Source: an uncultured virus (IMG/VR IMGVR_UViG_3300032294_002400)
Taxonomy: Duplodnaviria > Heunggongvirae > Uroviricota > Caudoviricetes
Strand: one strand, 5' to 3'
Length of the DNA: 64,000 nucleotides
Virus record (IMG/VR): IMGVR_UViG_3300032294_002400
Positions 20,466 to 29,585 of this stretch are shown piece after piece (position 1 is the stretch's first letter; the number at the start of each line of letters is the position of its first letter). The position numbers and the translations under genes were made by a program. The notes below the pieces were generated by a model that saw nothing but the letters and a program-made list of their open reading frames with translations, ran no database searches and was not told the origin of the DNA.

Positions 20466-20776
20466 TGTGGGGTTCCTGATTCTGTCATTACGCGGACTGC
20501 AGAAATATTCCACAGGTTGGATTTAATAATAGTCTGAATTACTTCATGCACTGCAACAGACGCCTTTTTTAGGTTGGCGTTGTCAGGATCTGAGATTGTA
20601 AGCTCGTAATCAAAGTGCGCGATGATTCCACGGTAGTCATCATGCGGCTCAACGTTAATTGTCTTTTTCTTTATGTCTACAAAAGGCAAAAGAGAAGTAG
20701 CCTCGATTGCATTATTAAATGCTTTCTCGGCTACATCTTCGTCAACGTTAACAACATAAACAACAAGTCTTTTCAT
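20462..20776 (-). CDS. Hypothetical protein
   Basis: GGGAGAG leader; coupled to the next gene. Confidence 0.6.
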   Translation of the reverse strand: MKRLVVYVVNVDEDVAEKAFNNAIEATSLLPFVDIKKKTINVEPHDDYRGIIAHFDYELTISDPDNANLKKASVAVHEVIQTIIKSNLWNISAVRVMTESGTPQ

Positions 20777-20865
20777 CTTTAATCTCTCCCGTTGGGTAAA
20801 ACTACTTAACGGGTTTGATTATATACACAAAATGCGTGTATTATAAAATTAAAAGAGGGAAGATT

Positions 20866-21045
20866 TTATTCTTCCTCGTCATCCTTAGGGTTACGAATTG
20901 GATAGGTGATAGCCCAAAACGCTGTGCAAAGGATGATAGCGTATCCTGTAACAGTCTTTGCAGATCCGTCAAGGACTAGCCAAGCGACGAACATACCCAA
21001 AAGGGTAAATGTTTGGTCAACCATGTCGCGAATAAAGTTCATCAT
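20866..21045 (-). CDS. Small two-TM membrane protein (missed by ORF track)
   Basis: MMNFIRDMVDQTFTLLGMFVAWLVLDGSAK...; coupled to the upstream large gene. Confidence 0.7.
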   Translation of the reverse strand: MMNFIRDMVDQTFTLLGMFVAWLVLDGSAKTVTGYAIILCTAFWAITYPIRNPKDDEEE

Positions 21046-24000
21046 TATTTTAGTCTCCTTAGACGAATACGACGTATTCTACCCGATTTTTGAGCGGGCT
21101 TCTTTGTTTTTGTTGGTGCTTTTCTACGTGTTGTACCGTTTTCACGGCCAACGGGTGCTCCTCCATCTCCTCCTGTGCGAGGAGTTGAAGATGAAGGGGC
21201 GCTAGGTGCAGAGGTTGTTGTCGCTGCTGCAACTGCCGCAGAGGCTGCTGCTTGCACCGCAACGCCTGCAGCAATAACTCCTGCAACAATAGCCTTTTCA
21301 GATTCCTCGCGTTCTTCGGCAGACATGTCCGCACCTAAGCTTCCAAGAGCCGCAAGCGCTGCTCCCGGATCTGTTAGGAGTGCAGCCGCGAGAGCTCCTG
21401 GGTCTGTTACAAGCTCGATGTTAGCTGCAACCTCGGCGGTAATAACAATTGAATTTCCGTTTTCATCAGTGCGAACGTCAACCGGAGCTTCAGGAGGTAG
21501 ATCCTTATACTCGATTCCAGCTGCTGCCATCGCAGACGCAGGGATTGCCTCGCCGTTATTGACGAACGCGGCAACAAGAACAGTTGCAACCGCTGCACGC
21601 TCAGATGAAGATAATTCTCCACCGCCGGAGATTTGAGCTACAACGTCACGAATCTCTGCGGAAGAAACTTTTCCGTCAGCCGCAAGTGATGCGCCAACTT
21701 CCTTTGCCTCGGCAGTAGAAACTTTACCGTCTGCAAGAGCTTCTGTCGTAGTTTCCTCAGCAGATGGTGTAGGATCTGTTTCAGGTTCGGTTTCAGCTTC
21801 TGGTTCTGGTTCTGGTTCAGGTTCAGGAGCTGGCTCTTCTTCTACAGGAGGTTCAGATGGTTCTTCTTCTTCGACGGGTTCTTGCTCTTCTGGGGCTTCT
21901 GGTTCTTCTGGTTCTGGGGCTTCCTCTTCTGGTGCTGGCTCTTCTTCTGGCTGCTCTGGGTTATCTGGGTCGGTTGGTTGTTCTTCTTCTGGAGAAGTCT
22001 CTTCAGGGTCTTCAGGCTCTGGCTCAGACTCCTCTTCGTCAGGAGGAGTAGTTGGCTCTTCTTCGGGAGTTGGAGCTTCTTCTTCAGGAGTTGGAACTGG
22101 GAGTTCTGGTTCTTGAGGAGCGGGAGTTGGATCTGGTGAAGGGGATTCTGGAACTACAACTACAGATGGAGGGGCGACGTAAGGGTCTGTAGGAGTTACA
22201 GTTGTTTCAACGAACGAGCTTACGGATCCATTCCAGTGCGCAACGCGAATTAAATAATCCGCGCCATTTGTTAATCCTGTAATCGTAAATGAATCAGGTG
22301 CGCCGTCTGTATTTAATGTTTGACCCTCATAAGGATTTGCAGCGTCAGGGTCTAACGCAACTACTTGATAAAACCAAGTGTTTGGTGTTTCACCGACGGG
22401 CGCTACAAGCTCGATAACAACTGCACGATCTCCAACGCCAACAGAGGTAATCGTAGGTGTTAGGTTTGCGTGAATACCTGCAGGCATATTATCAACAGCA
22501 ACCTCTGCCTCGTTAATTGCGTTAATCGCAGCGGTAACAGACGCAGACGCTAAGCTAACAGCTTCATCTGCTTGCTGCGCGAGTAGAAGATTCTGTTGCG
22601 CCTGTGTAAGATGTGTTTGCGCTGTCTGCAATGTTGACGTTGCAGTTGCAAGTTGCTGTGTTTCAATAGACAGAATACTTTGCGCATTAGTCAACGCGGT
22701 AACCTGCTCAAGTGTTGCGGACGAACGAGTAAACGCGCTGGTAGGAATTACCTGCCAGCCGTTTCCAAGGTTCCACATGAGGGTAACGCTTGCGCCACCA
22801 CCGTTCTCATAGAACCAAAACGTCATATCCATAGGATCACCCTGGACAACGTTATAGGTGCGGACGGATCCTCCGCCACCCTTATCAACCCAGTCGTTAA
22901 TGACAGTGTTGCCATCGAGCTGGAGGATGGTTCCATCATCCGCAGGAGCGTAGAAGTAAATGGTTCCGGAGACAGGAGCGGTTAGTTGAGATGTAAACTT
23001 AACCGCAACGTCCTCGGAGTAGGTGTTAAGAACTTGTCCACCGCCCCATTGGAAGTCAATGTTATTAACTGTAGTTGTAGAGATAAGACGGTTCTCTCCA
23101 GGAAGAGGAGGAGCTGCGTTATATCCGTTGTTGGTGTAAACCTTAGCTTCAATGCCTGAAGATGTTTGTGCGTTAACAACTGCCTGCGCTGCATCTAACG
23201 CTGCTTGCGCGTCAACAACTTGTTGAGTCTCGGCTGCAACTGCTGCTGTCGCAGAAGCTACAACCGCTGTCTTATCTTCGACAACCTCTTGAACAACTGC
23301 AACCGCAGGAGCTGATGTATTAGCAGAGACTGCAAGATCGACTGCCTGTGAAGCTGCAACCGCAATTGAGCGTGCATCATCAACTGCTGTTTGAGCTGCA
23401 GCAATTGCAGGAGCTGCTTCAACTACAATATTATTTGCAACTGCTTGAGCTGCCTGCGTGTTAACTGCTGTTTGCGCAACATCTACGTCAACGTGAATAT
23501 CTGCAACGGTAACTGCTGCCTGTGCAATGATAACCTTTTCTTGCATGTCTGCAACTGCGTTGGTAGCTGTTACCTGTGCAACGGCTGCAACCTCTGCTGC
23601 CTGTTGGGCTTCAACCTGTGCGGTAGCAACTGCTGCTTGAGCTACAACCACCGCTGTCTGCGCTTGTTGAACTTCCTGGGTCTTTTGAGCTTCAACAACT
23701 GTTAACTGGTTAAGTGTTTGAGTTTCAGCAGTTAGCGTTGCCTGCTTGTTTGAAAGATCAGTTGCAGCTGCTGTCTCTGTTGCCTGCAAAGTTGTAAGCG
23801 TTTGAGTCTCTGTAACTACGACTGCCTGTGCTTGTTGAGCTGCAGCGGTAAGGGCTGGGTCAGACGCGGAGGTAGTTGTTGTTACCTTAATATTGTCAAT
23901 GATGTAGTAGTCCCAGTCTGGGGCAATAACGATCTCGTGGATCTTCTTGCCTTCAGGAGCTACAACAGTTTCAACGTGAGTATAGGTAGTATTGGATACA

Positions 24001-25178
24001 CCGTTTTGAGATCCAACGTTATTTTCAATTGCAAAGGTAGATGTTGTTCCATCTGTAAATCGTGTGGTGGCTGTGCCATCGCCGTTCTTTGCAAATACAC
24101 CGAACTCTACCTTTGAGACGGTAGTGTTTGAAGTATTAAGGAACTGCATAGTTACCGTTGAAGTTGTTCCCTGCAAAACAAGTGCATTGCCAGATACAAC
24201 GTTTGGATCTCCTGTACTCCAGTTTCCGGAGATGTAGACACCGTTTTGATTTGTCGAGCTAACGGGACTTCCATTAGCAGTAATCAAAACTGCGCCTGTA
24301 CCTGAAGTATTGTTAACTTGATTATTAGCAAAGGTTTCAGTGCGTGTAGTTGAGCTAGACGTGTTTGCTGCATCCGCTGCTTGCTGTGCAACGGTTGCCT
24401 CGGCGGTAACCTGAGTTACAACTGTTTGTTGGGTGTTAACCGCGGTTGTAGCCGCTTGAAGGGTTGTTTCAGCGGTTGTTACCTGGGTTTGTGCCTGTGC
24501 AACAACAACTTCCTGTGCGTCAACTGCCGCGGTCGCTGTCGCAAGCTCAGCGGTCTTAGTTACAACTGCTTCCTGCGCAGGAGCGAGTTGAGTCTCTGTA
24601 ACGGTAGTAACCGCGGTAGCTGCCGTATCGGCTGCTGCCTGGGTGGTGGCTGCAGTTTCGACCGCGGTAGTCGCAGTTGCTATTGCAGTGGACGCGGTTG
24701 TGAGCGCGGTCTCAGCGGTTGCTATTGCGGTCGTAGTTGTTTCAGGAGCAGGAGTTGGTTGCGCCTCGGATACTGTTTTAACCTCTTCAAGAGCTGCGGT
24801 TGCGGCGGCAACTGTTGTGGTTGCCTGCGTAATTAGCTCTGCGTTTGTAGGAGGTGGAGGAGAAGAAGACTCGGGAGTCGTAGCAGGAGGAGCAGGTATA
24901 AGATTTATAGATGAAGAAGGTGATGGTTCTTGCGGCTGCTCTACTGGCGGCGGTGTTGTTGGCTGTGGCGTTTGTGTCACAGTTGTCTCAGTTGCTGGAG
25001 TCGGGTTCGGACTCGTTTGATTTGGGTCCGGATTGGGAGTGACTACGACATCTTCTGCGTAGGCAGAAGACGGAGTCATAAAGATATATCCTGCTAGTAG
25101 ACTCGTATAGAGTACTGCCTTGGACAGGTCAGGTGTATGTGTCTCGTGCTCTCCCCCACGGTGAGCTTTACGGGGCAC
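21045..25178 (-). CDS. Large surface protein: signal peptide, Ala/Thr/Gln coiled coils, PA14 domain, FN3-like domain, Pro/Glu linker, C-terminal membrane anchor
   Basis: IDFQWGGG...ADDG..L.LDG..VINDW...FYENGGGA (PA14); FTITGLTNG.DY..RVA (FN3); hydrophobic segment plus basic tail. Confidence 0.8.
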   Translation of the reverse strand: MPRKAHRGGEHETHTPDLSKAVLYTSLLAGYIFMTPSSAYAEDVVVTPNPDPNQTSPNPTPATETTVTQTPQPTTPPPVEQPQEPSPSSSINLIPAPPATTPESSSPPPPTNAELITQATTTVAAATAALEEVKTVSEAQPTPAPETTTTAIATAETALTTASTAIATATTAVETAATTQAAADTAATAVTTVTETQLAPAQEAVVTKTAELATATAAVDAQEVVVAQAQTQVTTAETTLQAATTAVNTQQTVVTQVTAEATVAQQAADAANTSSSTTRTETFANNQVNNTSGTGAVLITANGSPVSSTNQNGVYISGNWSTGDPNVVSGNALVLQGTTSTVTMQFLNTSNTTVSKVEFGVFAKNGDGTATTRFTDGTTSTFAIENNVGSQNGVSNTTYTHVETVVAPEGKKIHEIVIAPDWDYYIIDNIKVTTTTSASDPALTAAAQQAQAVVVTETQTLTTLQATETAAATDLSNKQATLTAETQTLNQLTVVEAQKTQEVQQAQTAVVVAQAAVATAQVEAQQAAEVAAVAQVTATNAVADMQEKVIIAQAAVTVADIHVDVDVAQTAVNTQAAQAVANNIVVEAAPAIAAAQTAVDDARSIAVAASQAVDLAVSANTSAPAVAVVQEVVEDKTAVVASATAAVAAETQQVVDAQAALDAAQAVVNAQTSSGIEAKVYTNNGYNAAPPLPGENRLISTTTVNNIDFQWGGGQVLNTYSEDVAVKFTSQLTAPVSGTIYFYAPADDGTILQLDGNTVINDWVDKGGGGSVRTYNVVQGDPMDMTFWFYENGGGASVTLMWNLGNGWQVIPTSAFTRSSATLEQVTALTNAQSILSIETQQLATATSTLQTAQTHLTQAQQNLLLAQQADEAVSLASASVTAAINAINEAEVAVDNMPAGIHANLTPTITSVGVGDRAVVIELVAPVGETPNTWFYQVVALDPDAANPYEGQTLNTDGAPDSFTITGLTNGADYLIRVAHWNGSVSSFVETTVTPTDPYVAPPSVVVVPESPSPDPTPAPQEPELPVPTPEEEAPTPEEEPTTPPDEEESEPEPEDPEETSPEEEQPTDPDNPEQPEEEPAPEEEAPEPEEPEAPEEQEPVEEEEPSEPPVEEEPAPEPEPEPEPEAETEPETDPTPSAEETTTEALADGKVSTAEAKEVGASLAADGKVSSAEIRDVVAQISGGGELSSSERAAVATVLVAAFVNNGEAIPASAMAAAGIEYKDLPPEAPVDVRTDENGNSIVITAEVAANIELVTDPGALAAALLTDPGAALAALGSLGADMSAEEREESEKAIVAGVIAAGVAVQAAASAAVAAATTTSAPSAPSSSTPRTGGDGGAPVGRENGTTRRKAPTKTKKPAQKSGRIRRIRLRRLK

Positions 25179-25193
25179 TTTTTTCCTTTATAT

Positions 25194-25427
25194 TTAGTTG
25201 TTAGACGGATGCGCCTTTTGGTCGAGTTCCTGCCAGGTCATCTTCGAGATCATATTGTTAAGTACTATAACCTCGTTAAGAAGCTCTTCTACCTGGATAA
25301 GAAGATCCGCCCTGGAGTCAAGATCCTGTGGATCTTCAATATCCTTTATAGTCTGGCGGACGGTAAACGTGCATGCCTGTAGACGATTCATGGCGCGGAT
25401 GTGCGCTGGCGAATTGCCGATAAACAT
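25194..25427 (-). CDS. Hypothetical protein (leaderless)
   Basis: TACAAT 6 nt upstream of ATG 25427. Confidence 0.55.
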   Translation of the reverse strand: MFIGNSPAHIRAMNRLQACTFTVRQTIKDIEDPQDLDSRADLLIQVEELLNEVIVLNNMISKMTWQELDQKAHPSNN

Positions 25428-25475
25428 AGGTATATTGTAACCTAAAATCTTCACCGCGAGCGTGAATAAGGACAA

Positions 25476-25900
25476 GAAGAAGAGATGAAAAGAGGAAGAG
25501 AAGAGCGCTTGGAGAGGTCTTAAGAGAGAAAAGAGAGAGTGGTTGCTATGTTAAATATAGTTGAAGTAGGGTTGCATGGAAAAAGCTGGTAAAAATAGAT
25601 ACTAAGTGAAAGTGATAGAGCTGGAGATACATTGTTGCTTAGTAAGCACTTGGTGCCTTACTAAGGCAGAAAAGTAGTTCGAAATGTTTATATTCGCTTA
25701 GTAAGTGTCTTAAAAACTATATAAACTATATTTACAATATAACAATGAAGACTATATTTAGTTTACGTGTATAGAGTTCTCCCTAGGGGCTTTAGTTTTT
25801 ATAGTTTACCTTGTTATATTGTTAAAAAATAATGACTAATAGTCTGCCGGTGTTGGCGCATGTTAAGTAGTTTTCGTGATACTATTGTTCTACGTCTCAG
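25476..25900. other. AT-rich non-coding gap at gene-orientation switch; candidate replication origin
   Basis: Polypurine tract, CTTAGTAAG repeats, ACAATATAACAA/TTGTTATATTGT inverted repeat. Confidence 0.4.
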
Positions 25901-25924
25901 ATAGAGACGAGTTATGGAGAGACG

Positions 25925-26107
25925 ATGCTATTGAAAAGTGATTGGTTTGCAATTGCTATTGCCATGCTTGGCGTAGCGGTAGTTGTTTGGCACGGATGGA
26001 ACGCTAGAGACGAGTACCCAGCAATGAAAAAGATTGTCTACGGTCTACTTGGGTTGACGGTTGCCTTGTGGATAATGATTATCTACGTTACGGTTGGTGC
26101 TAAGTAA
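25925..26107 (+). CDS. Two-TM membrane protein
   Basis: Two hydrophobic helices. Confidence 0.6.
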   Translation: MLLKSDWFAIAIAMLGVAVVVWHGWNARDEYPAMKKIVYGLLGLTVALWIMIIYVTVGAK

Positions 26108-26574
26108 TGCCTGAACTCAATGCGTTGGAGATGATGGGTATCTCAGTTGAGGAAGCCCTAGAGGTAGATAACAAGCTGACCGAGCAAAACAGATCAAGGA
26201 AGAAAGATTCTCGTATCTGTATCTGCGGTCACGCGGTAGTCAAGCATACGGTCTACGCAGGAGTGGTTGCGTGTAAGCCATCTGCCTTGACGTGCCCATG
26301 CAAGAAGATGAGACCAGTATTGGATGCGGAGGATACTCGATACTTCCTACGCAAGACAGCGGGTGCAGGAGCCATGCATGCTCTAAGCCGTGGAATCATC
26401 AACAGTATTAAAACTCACAAGAAGGTTGAGTGGATTATCCCGCTTGCCTGCGATAGGTGCGGTAGCGACAAGAATAACGTTGTTCCCGTTCCAGTTACGC
26501 AATCAGGATACGCGACGGATGAAGCAACTGGATATGACGCGTTGCTGTGTCCTGACTGCCGAATGGACGTGTGA
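26107..26574 (+). CDS. Cys-rich zinc-binding hypothetical protein
   Basis: CICGH...C...CPC and CxxC pairs. Confidence 0.65.
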   Translation: MPELNALEMMGISVEEALEVDNKLTEQNRSRKKDSRICICGHAVVKHTVYAGVVACKPSALTCPCKKMRPVLDAEDTRYFLRKTAGAGAMHALSRGIINSIKTHKKVEWIIPLACDRCGSDKNNVVPVPVTQSGYATDEATGYDALLCPDCRMDV

Positions 26575-26798
26575 TGGCTAAGAAAAAGAAAGATCTTCCT
26601 GTATTCGTAGTAGTTGACATGGCAAACTGGAAAAGTAGGATACTTGACTTTATGTTGAAGATCTTACGTGTACCAGGCAAAGCTTGGGTTATCGGTGTTG
26701 AGGACACTGGACTTACGTATGACGGTGACTATTACGAAGATAAGAAAACTGGATTGAAGATTAACAAGAAGGTGATTGATGGTGCACAAAGAGATTAA
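26571..26798 (+). CDS. Hypothetical protein
   Basis: Coupled ORF. Confidence 0.55.
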   Translation: MMAKKKKDLPVFVVVDMANWKSRILDFMLKILRVPGKAWVIGVEDTGLTYDGDYYEDKKTGLKINKKVIDGAQRD

Positions 26799-26927
26799 GG
26801 TTGGGAAGAAGGGTAACCGTTGGTTTCATTATGGGTATTCGCATAAGAGGTTTGCGCTTGGTGTAGTTATCAGTCCTAACAACTTTGACGTAGACCTATG
26901 CTTCTTTTGGATTGGACTCGAATGGTG

Positions 26928-27611
26928 ATGCAAGAACTGCCTATAGTGAAAGCGGACATAAAACATTATGACGTTTTGATTGCGACCCCTGGACCAAGCA
27001 TGAAACCAGAGTACGTGATGAGTCTGATGAAAACAACCCAGGCTCTCAATGCTAGAGGGATAAGCTATCACTTCCTCAATAAGTATTCCTCCTTCGTGCC
27101 TAGTGCTCGTGAGCTTACCGCCACCGACACGTATGCCCACAACTGGATGACGAATCGGGTAGGGTCAGGAAGATTCACGTATAACAAGATCTTTTGGATT
27201 GACTCCGACATAGAGTGGACTCCGGAAGACTTCCTTAAACTCTACGACTCCGAGCTAGAAGTCATCTCCGGTCTATACGCCACGACCCACGAAGGTGTGG
27301 TTGCGGTGAACATGCCAGATCCAAAGGGAAGACCTACCAAGGTTGACAAGACGATGTTCATGCTCGACATTGACCCCATGAAGGTTGGCGGTGTCGGTTT
27401 TGGATTCGTAGCTATGAAGGAAGGTGTCTTTGAAAACATTCCTCGACCATGGTTCAAGATCCGTCATGTTAAATGGGACGAGGTTGACTTTGAGGTTAAC
27501 ATGGGTGAGGACTACTCCTGGTGCGAGAACGCCAAGGACCAAGGATACGAAATCTGGGTAGATCCCACAGTACGAGTAAAGCATCATAAGGAGACTATCT
27601 TTTGTCTATAA
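26928..27611 (+). CDS. Glycosyltransferase-like protein (GT-A fold)
   Basis: FWIDSDI, VGFGFVAMK.GVFE.IPRPWF, GEDYSWC. Confidence 0.8.
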   Translation: MQELPIVKADIKHYDVLIATPGPSMKPEYVMSLMKTTQALNARGISYHFLNKYSSFVPSARELTATDTYAHNWMTNRVGSGRFTYNKIFWIDSDIEWTPEDFLKLYDSELEVISGLYATTHEGVVAVNMPDPKGRPTKVDKTMFMLDIDPMKVGGVGFGFVAMKEGVFENIPRPWFKIRHVKWDEVDFEVNMGEDYSWCENAKDQGYEIWVDPTVRVKHHKETIFCL

Positions 27612-27814
27612 GAGATATGCACCCAGACGATTGGACTGGGACAAGGACGGTGAGCAAGAATACCACTTGTGGTTTTTGTCGTGACACCTTCCATGATAAG
27701 TGCGCTCATGAAATCGCTTGGTATGACAAGCTATGGGTCTGTGCTTGTAAGTGTAATGCGTCTTGGATCCCCAAGAACGTGACGGTCAGTAAAAAATCAA
27801 AGGACGTGAAATGA
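27602..27814 (+). CDS. Small Cys-rich protein
   Basis: CGFC...H..C...CxCxC. Confidence 0.55.
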   Translation: MSIRDMHPDDWTGTRTVSKNTTCGFCRDTFHDKCAHEIAWYDKLWVCACKCNASWIPKNVTVSKKSKDVK

Positions 27815-28056
27815 ATAACGAAATCGCAATGAACTTCTACAAAGAGCTACTTGACATCATTGCCCACCCAGGATACCGTCAGGAAGATCTCTACCTCGCA
27901 GTCATGAAAAAGCTACAACGGATTGAAGACGATTTGGTTGATGAGCTAACGAAGATGATTAAGGACTGGGAGACTGAGGTCCCTGATGACTCAACTCTCT
28001 ACACCCTTGGGCTACGACGGGCGATTGATCTCATCCAAGGAAACCCGCCCCTGTAG
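27811..28056 (+). CDS. Hypothetical protein
   Basis: LYTLGLRRAID motif. Confidence 0.6.
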   Translation: MNNEIAMNFYKELLDIIAHPGYRQEDLYLAVMKKLQRIEDDLVDELTKMIKDWETEVPDDSTLYTLGLRRAIDLIQGNPPL

Positions 28057-28196
28057 AGAAGCAGTTTACCCGTACACTTACTTTCTGTTTCTACACAAAG
28101 CAGAAGCGAGGTCGTTTCTCTCCACTTTCCTACACAACCTTTCCAACCTACGGTAGAATTTCCCTTAGAGTCAACCCCGACTCGTAAGGAGAAAAT

Positions 28197-28382
28197 ATGA
28201 CAAACGAACTAAAAGCTATGGCAGCTTCCTGGGCACGTTCATTTCTTGCCGCAGGAATCGCGGTTTACATGGCAGGCGTGACAGACCCAGCGGACATCGC
28301 AAAAGCTGGTCTAGCAGCAGTCCTCCCAGTAATCTTGCGCTACCTCAACCCTAACGACACAGCATTCGGAAAGAAGAAGTAA
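28197..28382 (+). CDS. Putative holin
   Basis: Two short TMs; LRYLNPNDTAFG tail; strong SD. Confidence 0.6.
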   Translation: MTNELKAMAASWARSFLAAGIAVYMAGVTDPADIAKAGLAAVLPVILRYLNPNDTAFGKKK

Positions 28383-28408
28383 GCTTCTTCTAGACCCCGA
28401 AAAAGAAC

Positions 28409-28462
28409 GAGGCAGACTCCGTAACTAGACCTCTCCCCATGTTGCGGAGTCTGTCTCCTTTT
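28409..28462 (+). terminator. Long hairpin with 15-nt pyrimidine-rich loop, U-tail
   Basis: GAGGCAGACTCCGTAAC / GTTGCGGAGTCTGTCTC then CTTTT. Confidence 0.7.
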
Positions 28463-28485
28463 AGAGACGTATGTACAATTGAACA

Positions 28486-29418
28486 ATGACGATAGCAAAT
28501 CTTTTCCCGGTCTCCGATGAAGATGACGACAATGATGTAACTCCCATCATTGAAGATCCCACCAACATCCGGCCAGATCTTGGCAGCCTGGGCATCCTAG
28601 AACATTCCCGCGGTATCTGCGAAGACACCTACGAGAATCGAAGCATCCTGCGCTCAGCCCAGATGGGTTGGGACACGGTCTACGCTTCCAACGGCGTGCC
28701 GACCGGTCTCATCCAGGCGCGGTCAAAAGACATGGTCACACAGCGCCGGATCCTCTCACTAGCTGAGAAGAAGCCGATCCTCGTAGATCCCAAGAACATG
28801 AACAGCGATTACCTGACCGGATTAGATCTCGTAGCCGAGGCAGCCTCGGATAACATCGTTCCTCCCTGGGTCATCGGCGCGACACGGATGTGGATTAACG
28901 AGCAGGACAACCCGATTGCAACCGAGAAGAGAAAGCCGACGGCCCTCCCTCATCGTTGCAGGCAGGTGAAGGATGACGGCATCCGCTGTATGCTCTGGTC
29001 ATCGGGCCGGATCAAGGATGACGGACTATGCCGTGTTCACCTAAGGCATGTCAAGAAGAATCCAAGTGACGACATCGAGCGGGCACGCAAGAAGCTTGTT
29101 CAGGCAGCTCCCTATGCGGTTGATGTCTTAGAAGATCTCATGAACTCCGCGGTTTCAGAGCCTGTAAGATTAAAAGCATCTACGGAGATTCTAGATCGCG
29201 CGGGAGTAAGAGGCGGTATAGAGTTAGACGGTAACATCAACGTGACGGACACACGTCCTGCAGCGGAGATTATTTCAGAGAGACTACAACGGCTTGCCTC
29301 CGGCGCGGTAAACGCGGCGGCTGCGCTTTCAGCAGCGGGCATAGCCATTGAAACAAATGACGTTGTTGACGCAGAAGAAACTCCACAGACGGGTACGGAC
29401 ACAACTGATGAATCTTGA
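28486..29418 (+). CDS. Putative terminase small subunit-like protein
   Basis: C-x9-C...CxxH knuckle followed by A.DVL.DL...VRLKAS.EILDRAG, a pattern seen in TerS-like proteins. Confidence 0.5.
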   Translation: MTIANLFPVSDEDDDNDVTPIIEDPTNIRPDLGSLGILEHSRGICEDTYENRSILRSAQMGWDTVYASNGVPTGLIQARSKDMVTQRRILSLAEKKPILVDPKNMNSDYLTGLDLVAEAASDNIVPPWVIGATRMWINEQDNPIATEKRKPTALPHRCRQVKDDGIRCMLWSSGRIKDDGLCRVHLRHVKKNPSDDIERARKKLVQAAPYAVDVLEDLMNSAVSEPVRLKASTEILDRAGVRGGIELDGNINVTDTRPAAEIISERLQRLASGAVNAAAALSAAGIAIETNDVVDAEETPQTGTDTTDES

Positions 29419-29584
29419 AGATATTCTTTACGCGGCGCGTGAACACGCAGCCTCACTTCTTAACGACGTAGAGCTAGCCTCGAATCGTGAAGAGCATATT
29501 CGATTGACGGCGCGGGCAAACGAAGCCGAGTCGCTTGTCACCGATCTCCAATCTTTGTACCTCGCCGAGGTTACCGACAAGTAA
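29408..29584 (+). CDS. Hypothetical protein
   Basis: Coupled ORF MNLEDILYAAREH... Confidence 0.55.
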   Translation: MNLEDILYAAREHAASLLNDVELASNREEHIRLTARANEAESLVTDLQSLYLAEVTDK

Positions 29585-29585
29585 C

